A stretch of DNA of 64,000 nt from Spirochaetota bacterium (GTDB lineage: Bacteria > Spirochaetota > UBA4802 > JAFGDQ01), in assembly GCA_043803405.1 (NCBI GenBank), contig JAZDKB010000016.1:32001-96000 (forward strand). Direction: 5' to 3'. Shown in pieces: positions 52,101 to 61,855 of the stretch (the stretch's first letter is position 1; the number at the start of each line of letters is the position of its first letter). The notes under the pieces were generated by a model, which saw nothing but the letters and a program-made list of their open reading frames with translations, was not told the origin of the DNA and made no database searches. Both the position numbers and the translations under genes were made by a program.

Positions 52101-52363
52101 TCCGGGGTTATAGCCATTGTCTTGTCGCGTATTCCCTGAAGTAAATTTTCCATATGATGAGCCAGATCGCTGAGATCGTTTAAGCCTACAAAAGCTGCGG
52201 AACTTTTAAGAGAATGCGCTGTTCTGAAAATACTGTTAATTGTGTCTATTTCAACATCATCAGGATTCTTCTCAAGCTGTAAAAGGCATTGATTCAATTC
52301 CTGAAGCTGTTCATCAGCTTCTTCTAAAAATATATCCTGATATTCACCAATAGTAAATGCCAT
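49148..52363 (-). CDS. cheA: CheA histidine kinase with C-terminal CheC-like phosphatase fusion
   Basis: Hpt FRTAHSLKS, P2, dimer/HATPase (DHGVE, PGFST, GRGVGM), CheW domain, linker, then ANVGIANAAESLS...SALKEVTNIIG. Confidence 0.93.
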   Translation of the reverse strand: MAFTIGEYQDIFLEEADEQLQELNQCLLQLEKNPDDVEIDTINSIFRTAHSLKSSAAFVGLNDLSDLAHHMENLLQGIRDKTMAITPEIIEVLFQCFDLINSIISSVSRGEEPKQDLSATIEKIKNISENTKSSPQSPAQKPAKKENEQKEIKEESSKKESAIKIQYSQSEMKSIINGLKEGKFCCELDIYIDPYAQMKWIKAQLINNNLEQLGEVLKTIPSMSDISKDWKDNVFRIVLLSDHPVEQISSACEIDLVNKVELRKISLSTKDNKAGLKIHEKEILFEEKTEEVKPKQVEETKKDVPKKETSKHEEESESDEHEDISFGRRKDDKKAVSLKIVKVSVDKLDLLLNTVGELVIANSGFIRLFDEIKKSNIDKSIIGEFKNRMDQMSRIAKDLQSGIMKTRMVPIGQVLSRFNRPVRDLAKEFNKKINFVIKGEDTELDKKVIDVIGEPLLHLLRNCIDHGVETPEERRRLGKPEEAAVTINAYQGGNQIFVEIGDDGRGLDIEKIKKKALKGGLVTPDMLSNMDEDDIVEFIFRPGFSTADVITDISGRGVGMNVVKETVSELNGSVRIETEPGMGTNFVLSFPLTLAIIPAIMIKVQNEMYSIPLPDVIETIKITESDITTIEGREVVNLRGEILSLLRLNEFIGIKSSLTSEMKIPVVIVGYGNRKIGVIVDSLEGKQEIVIKSLEENYTNIDGLSGASILGDGSICLILDIASMINKVISDEEKSIRQKKSARSNESQENFSSLEEQYEEVKEKKIKSDNLSEKQTKSVSVKENVYTEPVKEKQTPAVTRKEEDQKITEDILFIKDEKSPKNIITSSGNAELTEDQIEQKVRDTLSGFKKELEENIKANTEIDDEDHIIKSLNIAKEDIEKINVIANVGIANAAESLSKILDKSVSLSIPEVEIIPIKNIAKTIGEVDTVYIGVFMPILGDVNGAVLFSFSEQSGFELIDMLYGLSTGKTKHLDQDGESALKEVTNIIGSSMINILSEKIKLTIRPDIPTIIHDYIQSTIDSILIQNNITGDYALSMNTYFYYHDDRVLGKLLILSEADSLKKMVKKLKEM

Positions 52364-52408
52364 TTTTTTTCTCTCCGGTGTTATAATAACTTCATATATT
52401 AATTGATT

Positions 52409-52930
52409 TTACTCATTCTTCTCATCAGGGAATAAAATATTATCAAGTTTCAATATTACTATCAACCTGTCCTTCATCCTTCCTACGCTTTGAATAAATT
52501 CAGCAGATACCCCTTCAATCATCTCAGATGCCGGATTAATGTCTTTTAACGGGATTCTGAATACTTGAAAAACATTATCAACCAGTAAACCTACAAGCCT
52601 CCCATTAATACCAACAACAATTATTCTCGATTCATCAGTAATTTTACTTTCTTTATATCCGAACCTGATCCTCACATTGACAACCGGTATCACATTGCCT
52701 CTTAAATTAATTACTCCTTTAATAAACGGCGGAGTATTGGGCAGTCTCGTAACATCAATAATTTTCAGTATTTCATGGATTTGAAGAATATTTATTCCGT
52801 ATTCGACATCATTTAATAAAGAAAAACTTACTACCTGGATCATTTTATCATCGGAAATAAAATCTTCATTCTGTGCATTTTCTTCCGATTCGTCAATCCC
52901 CGCAACCTCAGTAAGTTCTTTGTTGTTCAT
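52409..52930 (-). CDS. cheW: CheW adaptor
   Basis: YGINILQIHEI, GVINLRGNVIPVV, GLLVDNV. Confidence 0.95.
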   Translation of the reverse strand: MNNKELTEVAGIDESEENAQNEDFISDDKMIQVVSFSLLNDVEYGINILQIHEILKIIDVTRLPNTPPFIKGVINLRGNVIPVVNVRIRFGYKESKITDESRIIVVGINGRLVGLLVDNVFQVFRIPLKDINPASEMIEGVSAEFIQSVGRMKDRLIVILKLDNILFPDEKNE

Positions 52931-53003
52931 ATATCGCCTGACCCTGCTAAATTATTTTTAAAATTTATATTTTTATTAATTTTTTTAATTGATTATACTT
53001 TTA

Positions 53004-53030
53004 TTTTCGTCATTATTTAAAAACAACTTA
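53004..53030 (-). promoter_or_regulatory. Possible sigma28-like promoter for che cluster 1
   Basis: Minus strand TAAG-N15-GACGAAAA versus consensus TAAA-N15-GCCGATAA; weak in AT-rich DNA. Confidence 0.25.
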
Positions 53031-53250
53031 CTTTAAATTAAAATAATTGCAGATTGAATTCTGATTGATTTTATTATATTTATGCAAGAAAAATATTATC
53101 GGATTAATAATAACTATGTTTATTCAGCACTGTAAAATATAAAAACCAATGCTTTATGTTTTGTTATTATATAATATTTATTCAGACATTTCAAGTATTT
53201 TAAATTATTTTAGTATCGATACGAGAATCACCTATCCTTAGAGGCTGCAC

Positions 53251-53796
53251 ATGAAGGCAAAAAACATTCCGTCAGTAGAGGAGTGCTATGAAATAATGAA
53301 AAAACGCATGCTTCCTCACATTAAAGAACATTCGGAGCAGGTTATGAAGGTTGCAGTATCAATAACAGATCATCTTAAACCGAATGTAATTATTAATAAA
53401 AGTCTTGTTATTGCAGCTTCTCTACTTCACGATATTACAAAAACCGAGTCCTTAACGACCAGGGAACCGCATGACATTACCGGGGGTATATTTTTAAGAG
53501 AACTAGGTTATTATGATGTAGCCGATATTGTTGAAGAACATGTTCATTTAAAAAACTATGATATAAATGAAAATTTAAAAGAAAAAGAGATCGTGTTTTA
53601 TGCTGATAAAAGAGTTATGCATACTAAAATAGTTTCTGTTGAGGATAGAATATCGGACTTGGTAATCAGGTATGGGAAGTCAGAACTCATTAAAAAGCAT
53701 ATAATAGAAAATAAAAATTCAATTTTAAATATTGAGAAAAAAATAAATAATAATATGCTGAAGGATTTAAACGATGTGATTCTCTGTTTAAAATGA
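53251..53796 (+). CDS. HD-domain (HDIG-type) phosphohydrolase
   Basis: HSEQV, LLHDITK, EEHV, YADKRV. Confidence 0.88.
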   Translation: MKAKNIPSVEECYEIMKKRMLPHIKEHSEQVMKVAVSITDHLKPNVIINKSLVIAASLLHDITKTESLTTREPHDITGGIFLRELGYYDVADIVEEHVHLKNYDINENLKEKEIVFYADKRVMHTKIVSVEDRISDLVIRYGKSELIKKHIIENKNSILNIEKKINNNMLKDLNDVILCLK

Positions 53797-53848
53797 TCTT
53801 AAATACAGTCTGCTGCAGCTAAACCTGCAACGTGCGCACGCTACTCAA

Positions 53849-54175
53849 TTAATATTTCTTTCTTTCCTTATTGTGTCCAAGCCTGTTCATTATATATACT
53901 GCAATGTATCCGCCAATGAGACCGGCTATTATGTTGACTCCGGTATCGTAAACAAGAAAACTTAAAGCTTTAATGGCAATTTCAAGAAACAGTTTATCCA
54001 AAACAAACCCGCCTATCAGAGCTCCTATAACTCCGACAACCAACCCGCCTATATATCCGCCGAACAGGTCTTTTCTTTTAATATTATAAAAAATCCAGGA
54101 GACAAATGCTCCCAGGGCTAAATAGATCGCAATTGCAACAAGTTTCATTAAAAAGCTTAATAGTTCATCTGACAT
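53849..54175 (-). CDS. GlsB/YeaQ/YmgE-like small membrane protein
   Basis: Three Gly-rich TMs (GGLVVGVIGALIGGFV); start moved to MSDELL (gagg SD). Confidence 0.7.
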   Translation of the reverse strand: MSDELLSFLMKLVAIAIYLALGAFVSWIFYNIKRKDLFGGYIGGLVVGVIGALIGGFVLDKLFLEIAIKALSFLVYDTGVNIIAGLIGGYIAVYIMNRLGHNKERKKY

Positions 54176-54306
54176 ATTGACCTCTTGACGAAAAGTAGTT
54201 ACTAACATCTTAAAAAAAGATGTTAAATGTCAATTATTTATTCATAATGCACATCAAAACCTAATACTTTACAGAAATCCGCAACAACAATATTCAAACA
54301 AAAAAA

Positions 54307-54340
54307 GCTTTTACAGGAGCGCTGACTGTAAAAGCCTTTT
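54307..54340. terminator. Bidirectional terminator-like hairpin
   Basis: gcttttacag / ctgtaaaagc, 10-bp perfect stem flanked by A and T runs. Confidence 0.55.
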
Positions 54341-54512
54341 ATTATAGTCATCTCTATTAAGGAATATAATAATTATCAATTATTTATTTAATCGGATCAT
54401 CCGTAAAAAGCATTAACTTTTTTATTTCAATATTTTGAAACAAAATAGCCTGCTGACGCCAAGGCCGAAGCAGGTACAACAGCAAAAGGTGCTTGCCATG
54501 AGGAATTTTATT

Positions 54513-54541
54513 TTGACTTTTTTTGAAAATCCCTATATAAT
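54513..54541 (+). promoter_or_regulatory. Sigma70 promoter
   Basis: TTGACT-N17-TATAAT, 40 nt before the ATG at 54582. Confidence 0.7.
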
Positions 54542-54581
54542 AAATTTTTTAATCAGAAATGAATTTAATTGAGCAGAGGAT

Positions 54582-55832
54582 ATGATAAAAAAAGAAATAC
54601 TATTCGTTGAAGACAGCAAAGCTCAGGCAAAAGCAATTATTGACTCATTAAGGGAAAAAGATTTTAATGTTGATTATGCGGAGAACGGACAGGAAGCGCT
54701 CTTAAAATATGAAAAAAATCAATACCCTATTGTAGTAACCGATCTTGAGATGCCTGTAATGAACGGCGAAGAATTGATTAAGCAGCTCGACGCATACCAG
54801 TTCCCGCCTATTATATTTGTACAGACTGCCCATTATGAACCGGAATATATTGTTAAGATAATGAAAAATCCTGTATATGATTATCTTAAAAAACCTCTAC
54901 GGATAGATGATCTTGTCATCAAATTAAATAATGCATTTGAGCTGGCTGATTTAAGAAAGACAAAAATAATGATTGAGCAGGAAAAAGTCATTAAACTTGA
55001 AAATCAGCTTACATGGTATAAGTGGAAAGAAAAAGCAAACAGCTCCATAAGCGTCGGAAAAGGAAAAACTATTTTTGACGATATGCAAAGAGCTTTTAAT
55101 CAGGGTATTGGAACCGGAGCGCTCGTAACATGTCTTGAATTGCTGACATCCGGAATAGCAAAAAATGAAAACGGTTACGTGATACAGGCCGACATTTTTG
55201 AATTCGTTGTAGATACTCTAAAGAACGTCAAACGCGCAATGGAAATGATGACCGAGATCAATGAAATTCAGTCATCCGCGCCTGTTAAAAAGGAACTTTC
55301 GTTCAGAGAATATTATGATTTTATTGCGGGACTAATTGAGCAATGCAGGGAATTTGAGCGAATAAAAAAGAATAAAATAATACTGAATGATTTTGATCTG
55401 GATCATGCGCAATCGGTTTCCATAGATACTGCCCAGGTCGGGAAAGCTTTAAAAGAGCTTATTATGAATGCCCTTAAATATTCCATAAAAGGATCATCTG
55501 TTTATGTTATACTTAAATTTTTAAACGATGCTATCGTTGTTTACATTCTGAATGAACCGGTTGCGGACAGTGAAGGCAGGAAAGGAATCCCAATAGGTTA
55601 TGAGTCTATAATTTTTGATCCGTTCTTTAGACTTAATAAATCGGTTCAGGAAGATTATAAAACACTCGACTACGGGCTGGGACTTACTCTTGTGGAAAAT
55701 ATAACAGTGAAACATGGCGGCAGCATTGAGCTTTCAAACATAAAAGATTATTCGGATATTGCGAAGGGAGACTGTGAAAAGGTTATGGCGACCTTAAGGC
55801 TGCCGATTGCGGGAAACAAACAAGCGTCATAA
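54582..55832 (+). CDS. Hybrid receiver + HATPase protein (atypical histidine kinase, no H-box His)
   Basis: REC VEDS..TDLEMP..KKP; ELIMNALKYS, IFDPFFR, GLGLTLV, HGGSI. Confidence 0.82.
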   Translation: MIKKEILFVEDSKAQAKAIIDSLREKDFNVDYAENGQEALLKYEKNQYPIVVTDLEMPVMNGEELIKQLDAYQFPPIIFVQTAHYEPEYIVKIMKNPVYDYLKKPLRIDDLVIKLNNAFELADLRKTKIMIEQEKVIKLENQLTWYKWKEKANSSISVGKGKTIFDDMQRAFNQGIGTGALVTCLELLTSGIAKNENGYVIQADIFEFVVDTLKNVKRAMEMMTEINEIQSSAPVKKELSFREYYDFIAGLIEQCREFERIKKNKIILNDFDLDHAQSVSIDTAQVGKALKELIMNALKYSIKGSSVYVILKFLNDAIVVYILNEPVADSEGRKGIPIGYESIIFDPFFRLNKSVQEDYKTLDYGLGLTLVENITVKHGGSIELSNIKDYSDIAKGDCEKVMATLRLPIAGNKQAS

Positions 55833-56056
55833 AAAAATTTAAACTTGCTTTTTTATTTATTTTGTTTTATCATAAAAGAACGCAAATGCATTTAAATACA
55901 ATATAAAAAAGGAGGTTTAAGAAATTAAATGTAACCCGGATAGAATGAAATAATCCTGCCAAATGACAGTTAATTATATTATAATAATTTATATACAAAA
56001 ATATTTAAATGTTGGTCTATTGTGTTTCAAGTTTAGCATTCAAAGGACAATTGACA

Positions 56057-56419
56057 ATGAAAGGCAACATTCTTGTAGTTGACGATTCAAATGCAATAAG
56101 AAAGGCAATCCGCTTTATCCTGGAGAAAGAAGGATTTACCGTAACTGAAGCTTCTAATGGCGTAGATTGTCTTGAGAAAATCAACCCCGAAATAAACCTC
56201 GTTATCAGCGATATAAATATGCCGGAAATGGACGGCATTGAGCTGCTTAAAAGAATACGGGAATCAGGCCAGTATAAATTCATACCTCTGATTATTCTGA
56301 CTACAGTAGCACAGGAAGAAATGAAACAAAAAGGAAAGGAAATGGGAGCTACTGCATGGCTGATAAAACCGTTCAAACCAGAGGAACTTCTTAATATCAT
56401 AAAAAAGGTTGTTGGATAA
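56057..56419 (+). CDS. cheY: CheY-like response regulator
   Basis: VVDDS, SDINMPEMDG, GATAWLIKPF; first gene of che cluster 2. Confidence 0.88.
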   Translation: MKGNILVVDDSNAIRKAIRFILEKEGFTVTEASNGVDCLEKINPEINLVISDINMPEMDGIELLKRIRESGQYKFIPLIILTTVAQEEMKQKGKEMGATAWLIKPFKPEELLNIIKKVVG

Positions 56420-56434
56420 TTCTAAATATAAGGA

Positions 56435-56788
56435 ATGATTCTAATGGCAAATATACACTGTAAATTGCATAATGATGCAATATATATGCGTTTTACCGGA
56501 AGAATGACCATAGAAAACGCCTCCAGAATTAAAAAAAGTCTTTTGCTGCTTTACGACAGGAAGGCTGCCGCATATTATGCCGACTTTTTACAGATATCGG
56601 AAATTGACATCACTTTTCTTCAACTGCTTTTGGCTTTTAATATAAAAGTAAAAACCATTAATTCACAATTATTTATTTTAAAAAATAAAATCGGGGAACA
56701 AGTATCAAATGATTTAAAAATACTGGGCATCGATATTATAACTCACTTTTCCATTTCGGAAGGTAATAATGAATTTTCAGGAAAATAA
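56435..56788 (+). CDS. STAS domain protein
   Basis: GRMTIENA...DFLQISEIDITFLQLL; sits between cheY and cheA. Confidence 0.8.
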   Translation: MILMANIHCKLHNDAIYMRFTGRMTIENASRIKKSLLLLYDRKAAAYYADFLQISEIDITFLQLLLAFNIKVKTINSQLFILKNKIGEQVSNDLKILGIDIITHFSISEGNNEFSGK

Positions 56789-58754
56789 TGAACTGAGTCA
56801 GGCGTTTATTGAAGAAATGAATGATCTTTTGGCTGAGATCGAAAACTCCCTGATGCAGATGCAAAACGGTACAGAAAACCCGGATTTAATTGCTAAAGTA
56901 TTCAGGTCTCTTCATACAATTAAAGGCTCTTCGGGTATGTTTGGTTATTCCGAGATATCTTCTTTTGTGCATGATCTTGAAACTACATTCGATAAGATCC
57001 GTCAGGGAAAACAAACAATCAGCAGAGAAATTATTAATCTTACGTTAAAGGCACAGGATTGCATTAAAAGTCTTCTGGCACGAAGTGACAATGCTGAGGA
57101 AAAAAGCAAACGCGAAGCTATATTAAGCGAATTAAAAAAGATAAAAGATGATTCCAGCGAACAAAAAGAAGAATCTCCTGATGAAGAATCATCGTCTACC
57201 ATGCCTGCAACTCAACCGGCTGTATCGGCAAGCCCGGCAGGGATTGAAACATACAGGATTACATTCAGGCCATCAAAGGAAATTTTTTTAAGAGGAGTAA
57301 AGCTGCGTCCGATTTTTCGTGAACTGGCCAGCCTCGGCACTCTGACGCTCACTGCAAAAGCATACGAGCTCCCGACACTTGATGAAATCAATACCGAGTA
57401 CTGCTACATGGAATGGGAAGCAAATTTGACAACAGATAAGGGAATCGGCGCTATTAAAAACGTTTTTGTTTTTGTTTATGATTATGCCAAGATAGAAATT
57501 TCGAAGACCAGCGTCAATGAACAATCAAATGGTGATACAAACGTCAAGCATCCTGCTGTACTTCTTGAGAGAAGAAAAACTGATTTTTCATCCATACGAG
57601 TTAAGAATGAAAAGCTGGATCAGCTTGTCAATCTTGTAGGAGAAATCGTAACTCTCAACGCGCGGCTTAATCAGGAATCCATTCATTCGCGAATTCCGGA
57701 ATTCATTTCCATCTCCCAAAGCTTCGACAGGCTGACAGCAGAGCTGCGCGATAATACTATGAGTATGCGTATGGTTCCGCTGGCCGAGCTATTCAACAGC
57801 TATAACAGGCTGATTTTTGACCTTACAAGTAAGCTTAATAAAAATATAAAATTGCAGATAAACGGCGGAGAAACTGAGCTGGACAAAAACATGATCGAGG
57901 AATTAAGAGATCCTTTAATGCATCTTATAAGGAATTCAGCAGATCATGGAATAGAGTCGATCGCGGACAGAACAGCGTCCGGCAAACCGGAAACAGGCAC
58001 AATTACTCTGAGCGCCGAATATTCCGGATCGAATGTGCTTATAACAATTTCGGATGATGGAGCAGGCCTAAATAAAGAAAGGATTCTGGCTAAAGCAGTT
58101 GAAGCAGGTTTGCTGGATTCATCTGAAAAAGATGAGAACGTAATATTCAGTAAAATATTTGAGCCCGGATTTTCAACTGCTGAAAAAACAACGGACATAT
58201 CCGGACGTGGTGTAGGATTGGACGTAGTCAAACGCAATATTGAGAAACTGAGAGGTTCTATCAATATAAAGTCACGTCGGAACGAAGGCACATCGATTCT
58301 GCTGACGATTCCACTTACACTTGCAATCATAGACGGATTTATGTTCGAGATAGCAGATAATCTTTTTATCTTTAACCTTGCAAATGTGCTTGAATGTCTT
58401 GATTATGATAAATCCGACGGGGAAATTACTACCGGTCAGTTTACCATAAGCCTGAGAGGAGAAATGATCTCCTGTCTCGATCTTAAGAAAGTTCTGGGCA
58501 TGGAATCCGGCAAATGCGAGTTGGCGCAGGTAGTGATTACGGATATAGGAGGAGAAAGAATAGGTTTCCTGGTAGATCGTTTGGTTGGAAAATACCAGAC
58601 TGTAATTAAACCAATCGCCAAATCGGTTAACATAAAAGATATTATAGTCGGCGCTACCATTCTGGGCAACGGATCTATAGCCTTTGTGCTGGATATTAAT
58701 AGGGTTATCACCTATGCACTTGAAAACAGTATGAATAGCTTATATAAAATATAA
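56769..58754 (+). CDS. cheA: Chemotaxis histidine kinase CheA (cluster 2)
   Basis: FRSLHTIKGSSG, LDQLVNLVGE, RNSADHGIE, GRGVGLDVV, CheW domain. Confidence 0.96.
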   Translation: MNFQENNELSQAFIEEMNDLLAEIENSLMQMQNGTENPDLIAKVFRSLHTIKGSSGMFGYSEISSFVHDLETTFDKIRQGKQTISREIINLTLKAQDCIKSLLARSDNAEEKSKREAILSELKKIKDDSSEQKEESPDEESSSTMPATQPAVSASPAGIETYRITFRPSKEIFLRGVKLRPIFRELASLGTLTLTAKAYELPTLDEINTEYCYMEWEANLTTDKGIGAIKNVFVFVYDYAKIEISKTSVNEQSNGDTNVKHPAVLLERRKTDFSSIRVKNEKLDQLVNLVGEIVTLNARLNQESIHSRIPEFISISQSFDRLTAELRDNTMSMRMVPLAELFNSYNRLIFDLTSKLNKNIKLQINGGETELDKNMIEELRDPLMHLIRNSADHGIESIADRTASGKPETGTITLSAEYSGSNVLITISDDGAGLNKERILAKAVEAGLLDSSEKDENVIFSKIFEPGFSTAEKTTDISGRGVGLDVVKRNIEKLRGSINIKSRRNEGTSILLTIPLTLAIIDGFMFEIADNLFIFNLANVLECLDYDKSDGEITTGQFTISLRGEMISCLDLKKVLGMESGKCELAQVVITDIGGERIGFLVDRLVGKYQTVIKPIAKSVNIKDIIVGATILGNGSIAFVLDINRVITYALENSMNSLYKI

Positions 58755-58777
58755 TTTCTTAGATAAGGAGAAACAAA

Positions 58778-60352
58778 ATGAAACTCGGGATAAAAGGGAA
58801 AATGCTTTCCGGATTTATTTCCGTTGCAGTTATTGCCGGAATTATCGGTTTTGCAGGAATATTCAGTTTAAGGACTATGTCGGAAAACAGCAGATTCATG
58901 TATCAGAAAGTCACGCAACCGATAGTTTTACAGGATCACATAGTTAAAAGTTTTATATTAATGAGAATGGAAATATACAGACAACTTTTAGCCAACACGG
59001 CAAAGGATGTTGAAGCGGCCACACAACGCGTTAAAAAACATTATGATGATATAAAAGGTTATTTGGTACAATATGACAATGAGATAATAAGCGAAGAGGT
59101 AAGAAAAGAATATACTGAATTTAAAAGGAGCCTTGATGCTTATTATGTCCTTTCGGAAAAGATCGAAGCAGAGAAAAAAGCCGGAAAAAAGAATGAACAA
59201 ATAGAAGCAGTTCCAAAGGCAAGAGATATTGCTGTGACTATGCTGGAAAATTTGGAGAAGCTGACAAAAATAAGGCTGAATTATGCCGAACAAACTTATC
59301 AGAAAACCGATGGCAGCGCGCAGACTACTTCAATTATTGTGATAATATTAACTGTTATAGGCTTTGCTGTTGCAATCGCAATAGGGTTACTGCTGACACA
59401 ATCCATTTATAAAGTGGTTAATTCCATAGAGCAGGCTTCCATCCAGGTAATGGAAGGGACAAACCAGATTTCATCTTCTTCAGAAGAGCTTTCAACGGGC
59501 ACAAACGAACAGGCTGCCACTGTTGAAGAAGTATCCGCTTCCATAGAAGAGATGACTGCAACGATACAGCAGAATGCGGACAATGCAAACCAGACTGAGC
59601 GCATAGCGACAAAGAGCGCGGATGACGCAAAGGAAAGCGGTGAAAAAGTTAAGCAGACTGTAAAAGCAATGAAAGAGATAGCCGACAAGATTTCCATCAT
59701 CCAGGAAATAGCGCGGCAAACCAACCTTCTTTCGCTGAATGCGTCTATTGAAGCTGCGCGTGCGGGTGAGCACGGCAGAGGCTTTGCGGTTGTAGCAAGC
59801 GAAGTGCAAAAACTTGCAGAACGAAGCCAGTTTGCTGCAAATGAAATTAACGAATTGTCCTCGACCAGCGTGGACACTGCCAATGTCGCAGGCGAAATGC
59901 TTGCCAAGCTGGTGCCGGATATTCAGAAGACCGCGGAGCTGGTTGCAGAGATAAACGCTGCAAGCGGTGAACAGGCAAACGGCGTCGAACAGATCAATAC
60001 TGCGGTACAGCAGCTTAACAGCGTAGTTCAGCAAAACGCATCTAATTCGGAAGAGCTTGCCGCTACTGCCGAGGAACTCGCATCGCAGACAACTCTTATG
60101 AGGGAAGCTGTAGTATACCTTAAAACAGGAGACAAATCGTTAAGGGATAATGAAGCTATAAACTTTCAGAATTTTCATGAAAAATATAAAAACAACACCC
60201 ATTCAATTGCTACGCCGGTTAAGCAAAAAAGCGCTCCTAGAATAGCGAAATCAGCTGAACAAGTTAAAGACATTGAGAAAGAGAAAAAAAGTGATTTGAA
60301 GATTGAACTTGGCGATGCTGAGGACAAGGATTATGAAAGGATTAAAAAGTGA
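58778..60352 (+). CDS. Methyl-accepting chemotaxis protein, four-helix-bundle sensor
   Basis: Two TMs; [31 protein letters not shown]-terminal DKDYERI tether-like tail. Confidence 0.95.
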   Translation: MKLGIKGKMLSGFISVAVIAGIIGFAGIFSLRTMSENSRFMYQKVTQPIVLQDHIVKSFILMRMEIYRQLLANTAKDVEAATQRVKKHYDDIKGYLVQYDNEIISEEVRKEYTEFKRSLDAYYVLSEKIEAEKKAGKKNEQIEAVPKARDIAVTMLENLEKLTKIRLNYAEQTYQKTDGSAQTTSIIVIILTVIGFAVAIAIGLLLTQSIYKVVNSIEQASIQVMEGTNQISSSSEELSTGTNEQAATVEEVSASIEEMTATIQQNADNANQTERIATKSADDAKESGEKVKQTVKAMKEIADKISIIQEIARQTNLLSLNASIEAARAGEHGRGFAVVASEVQKLAERSQFAANEINELSSTSVDTANVAGEMLAKLVPDIQKTAELVAEINAASGEQANGVEQINTAVQQLNSVVQQNASNSEELAATAEELASQTTLMREAVVYLKTGDKSLRDNEAINFQNFHEKYKNNTHSIATPVKQKSAPRIAKSAEQVKDIEKEKKSDLKIELGDAEDKDYERIKK

Positions 60353-60360
60353 GGATTAAC

Positions 60361-60876
60361 ATGAGTGATGACAAAAACGCGATGGTGCAATATCTGTCAT
60401 TCAAACTGGACAACAATACTTTTGCTTTTAACGTATTGAAGACGCGCGAAGTCCTTTCTTTCACCAAGATAACGCCTATACCTTGCACTCCTCCTTATGT
60501 GGCAGGAGTTCTGAATTTACGCGGAAGCGTCGTCAGCGTCATAGATTTGCGGCTTAAATTCGGGATGAAGGGCGCAGAAATTACACCGGACACTGCTATA
60601 ATAATAGTCGAAACAACTCTGGGGAACGATACGGTCGTGCTTGGCGCACTTGTGGACGCTGTTAAAGGTGTCCTGCGTTTTGAGGCTGACCAGATTGAGC
60701 CGCCGCCGAAGATCGGCATTAAACTTAATCTTGACCTTATTAACGGCATCGGCAAACGAAACGATGATTTTGTCATCATACTGAACATTGACAAGGTATT
60801 TTCGGAAGAGGAAATAACCCTTATCAAGGAAACAATTGATTCGAGCAATATTAAAAGTGATGAGATCACAGAATAA
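60361..60876 (+). CDS. cheW: CheW adaptor (cluster 2)
   Basis: QYLSFKL, GVLNLRGSVVSVIDLR, GALVDAV. Confidence 0.95.
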   Translation: MSDDKNAMVQYLSFKLDNNTFAFNVLKTREVLSFTKITPIPCTPPYVAGVLNLRGSVVSVIDLRLKFGMKGAEITPDTAIIIVETTLGNDTVVLGALVDAVKGVLRFEADQIEPPPKIGIKLNLDLINGIGKRNDDFVIILNIDKVFSEEEITLIKETIDSSNIKSDEITE

Positions 60877-60881
60877 CATAC

Positions 60882-61742
60882 ATGGATTTTATCGATCAAG
60901 ACCAAATAAAGATGAGCGAAAGCGAGAGGAGAAAGATCAGCTCGTTCATTGAAGAAAGATTTGGGATTAAGATGCCGCCTTCAAAAGCCACGCTCCTCAT
61001 ATCCAGGCTTTCAAAAAGATTAATAACACTGGGTTTAAAAACGTTCGGAGATTATTTTAAATATATCAACTCGCAGGAAGGAATGGCAAATGAGATTTAT
61101 ATTTTCATCGATCTCATTTCCACTCATGAAACGAGTTTCTTCAGAGAGGCTAAGCATTACGACATCCTGCTTTCTAAAGTATTGCCGAAAATCGTCACCG
61201 AATGCGGGGCAGGATTAAAACACCCGTTAAGAATATTAAGCGCTGCATGTTCGACAGGTGAAGAACCTTATACCATTGCTGTAGTAGTATCGGAATTTAT
61301 CGCATCAAACAATTATGTGAATTTTAAATATCATATAACCGGAACCGATATTTCGTTAAAGGTCCTTGAAACAGCAAGACATGGTGTTTACGATGCGCAT
61401 AAAATAGACAATGTTCCTAAGAAATACAAAACAAAGTATTTTATGGTTAACAAGAATAAAGGCAGCAATCTTGTAAGGATTGTTCCCGAACTGCGGGCTG
61501 ATATCGATTTTTTCCCGATTAACCTTATGAACGAAAGTTATCCTTTTGAATATGAATATGATGTGATCTTTTTAAAAAATGTTCTTATCTATTTCGGCAG
61601 GGAAGATCAGGAAAAGATAATTCTGCGTTTATTAAAGTATCTTGCACCAGGAGGATTTTTCTTTGTCGGGTTATCGGAATCAATGGCCGGCCTTGGACTG
61701 CCGATAAAAAGCGTTATGCCTAGTATATTCAGGAAACATTGA
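60882..61742 (+). CDS. cheR: Chemotaxis methyltransferase CheR
   Basis: THETSFFRE, SAACSTGEEPYT, GTDIS, NVLIYF. Confidence 0.95.
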   Translation: MDFIDQDQIKMSESERRKISSFIEERFGIKMPPSKATLLISRLSKRLITLGLKTFGDYFKYINSQEGMANEIYIFIDLISTHETSFFREAKHYDILLSKVLPKIVTECGAGLKHPLRILSAACSTGEEPYTIAVVVSEFIASNNYVNFKYHITGTDISLKVLETARHGVYDAHKIDNVPKKYKTKYFMVNKNKGSNLVRIVPELRADIDFFPINLMNESYPFEYEYDVIFLKNVLIYFGREDQEKIILRLLKYLAPGGFFFVGLSESMAGLGLPIKSVMPSIFRKH

Positions 61743-61855
61743 TAAGAGGTGCATCTGCCAAGGGCTTAGGGTTCCGAAGAGATAAAGACATAAGGCAGTC
61801 CCGGAATTCAAAGGATTGAAGTAATTTTTTGCTATATATTCTGCGGAGAAATTTT

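Noticed and set aside
54449..54474. Hammerhead ribozyme or c-di-GMP riboswitch
   Set aside because: Lacks the CUGANGA/GAAA core and the GEMM motifs; only a short hairpin
55909..55934. Strong aaggagg SD followed by ATG-TAA
   Set aside because: The 13-nt spacing is long and there is no coding body; could be chance or a deletion scar
61760..61806. TAGGGTTCCG...CCCGG resembling the ykkC-yxkD (guanidine-I) riboswitch
   Set aside because: Too short, lacks the CUGGUCCGAG and AAAAGCCCGG elements, and sits mid-operon before cheB; an Infernal search would settle it
61743..61855. cheD pseudogene remnant
   Set aside because: The frames I translated gave only short peptides with no CheD motif
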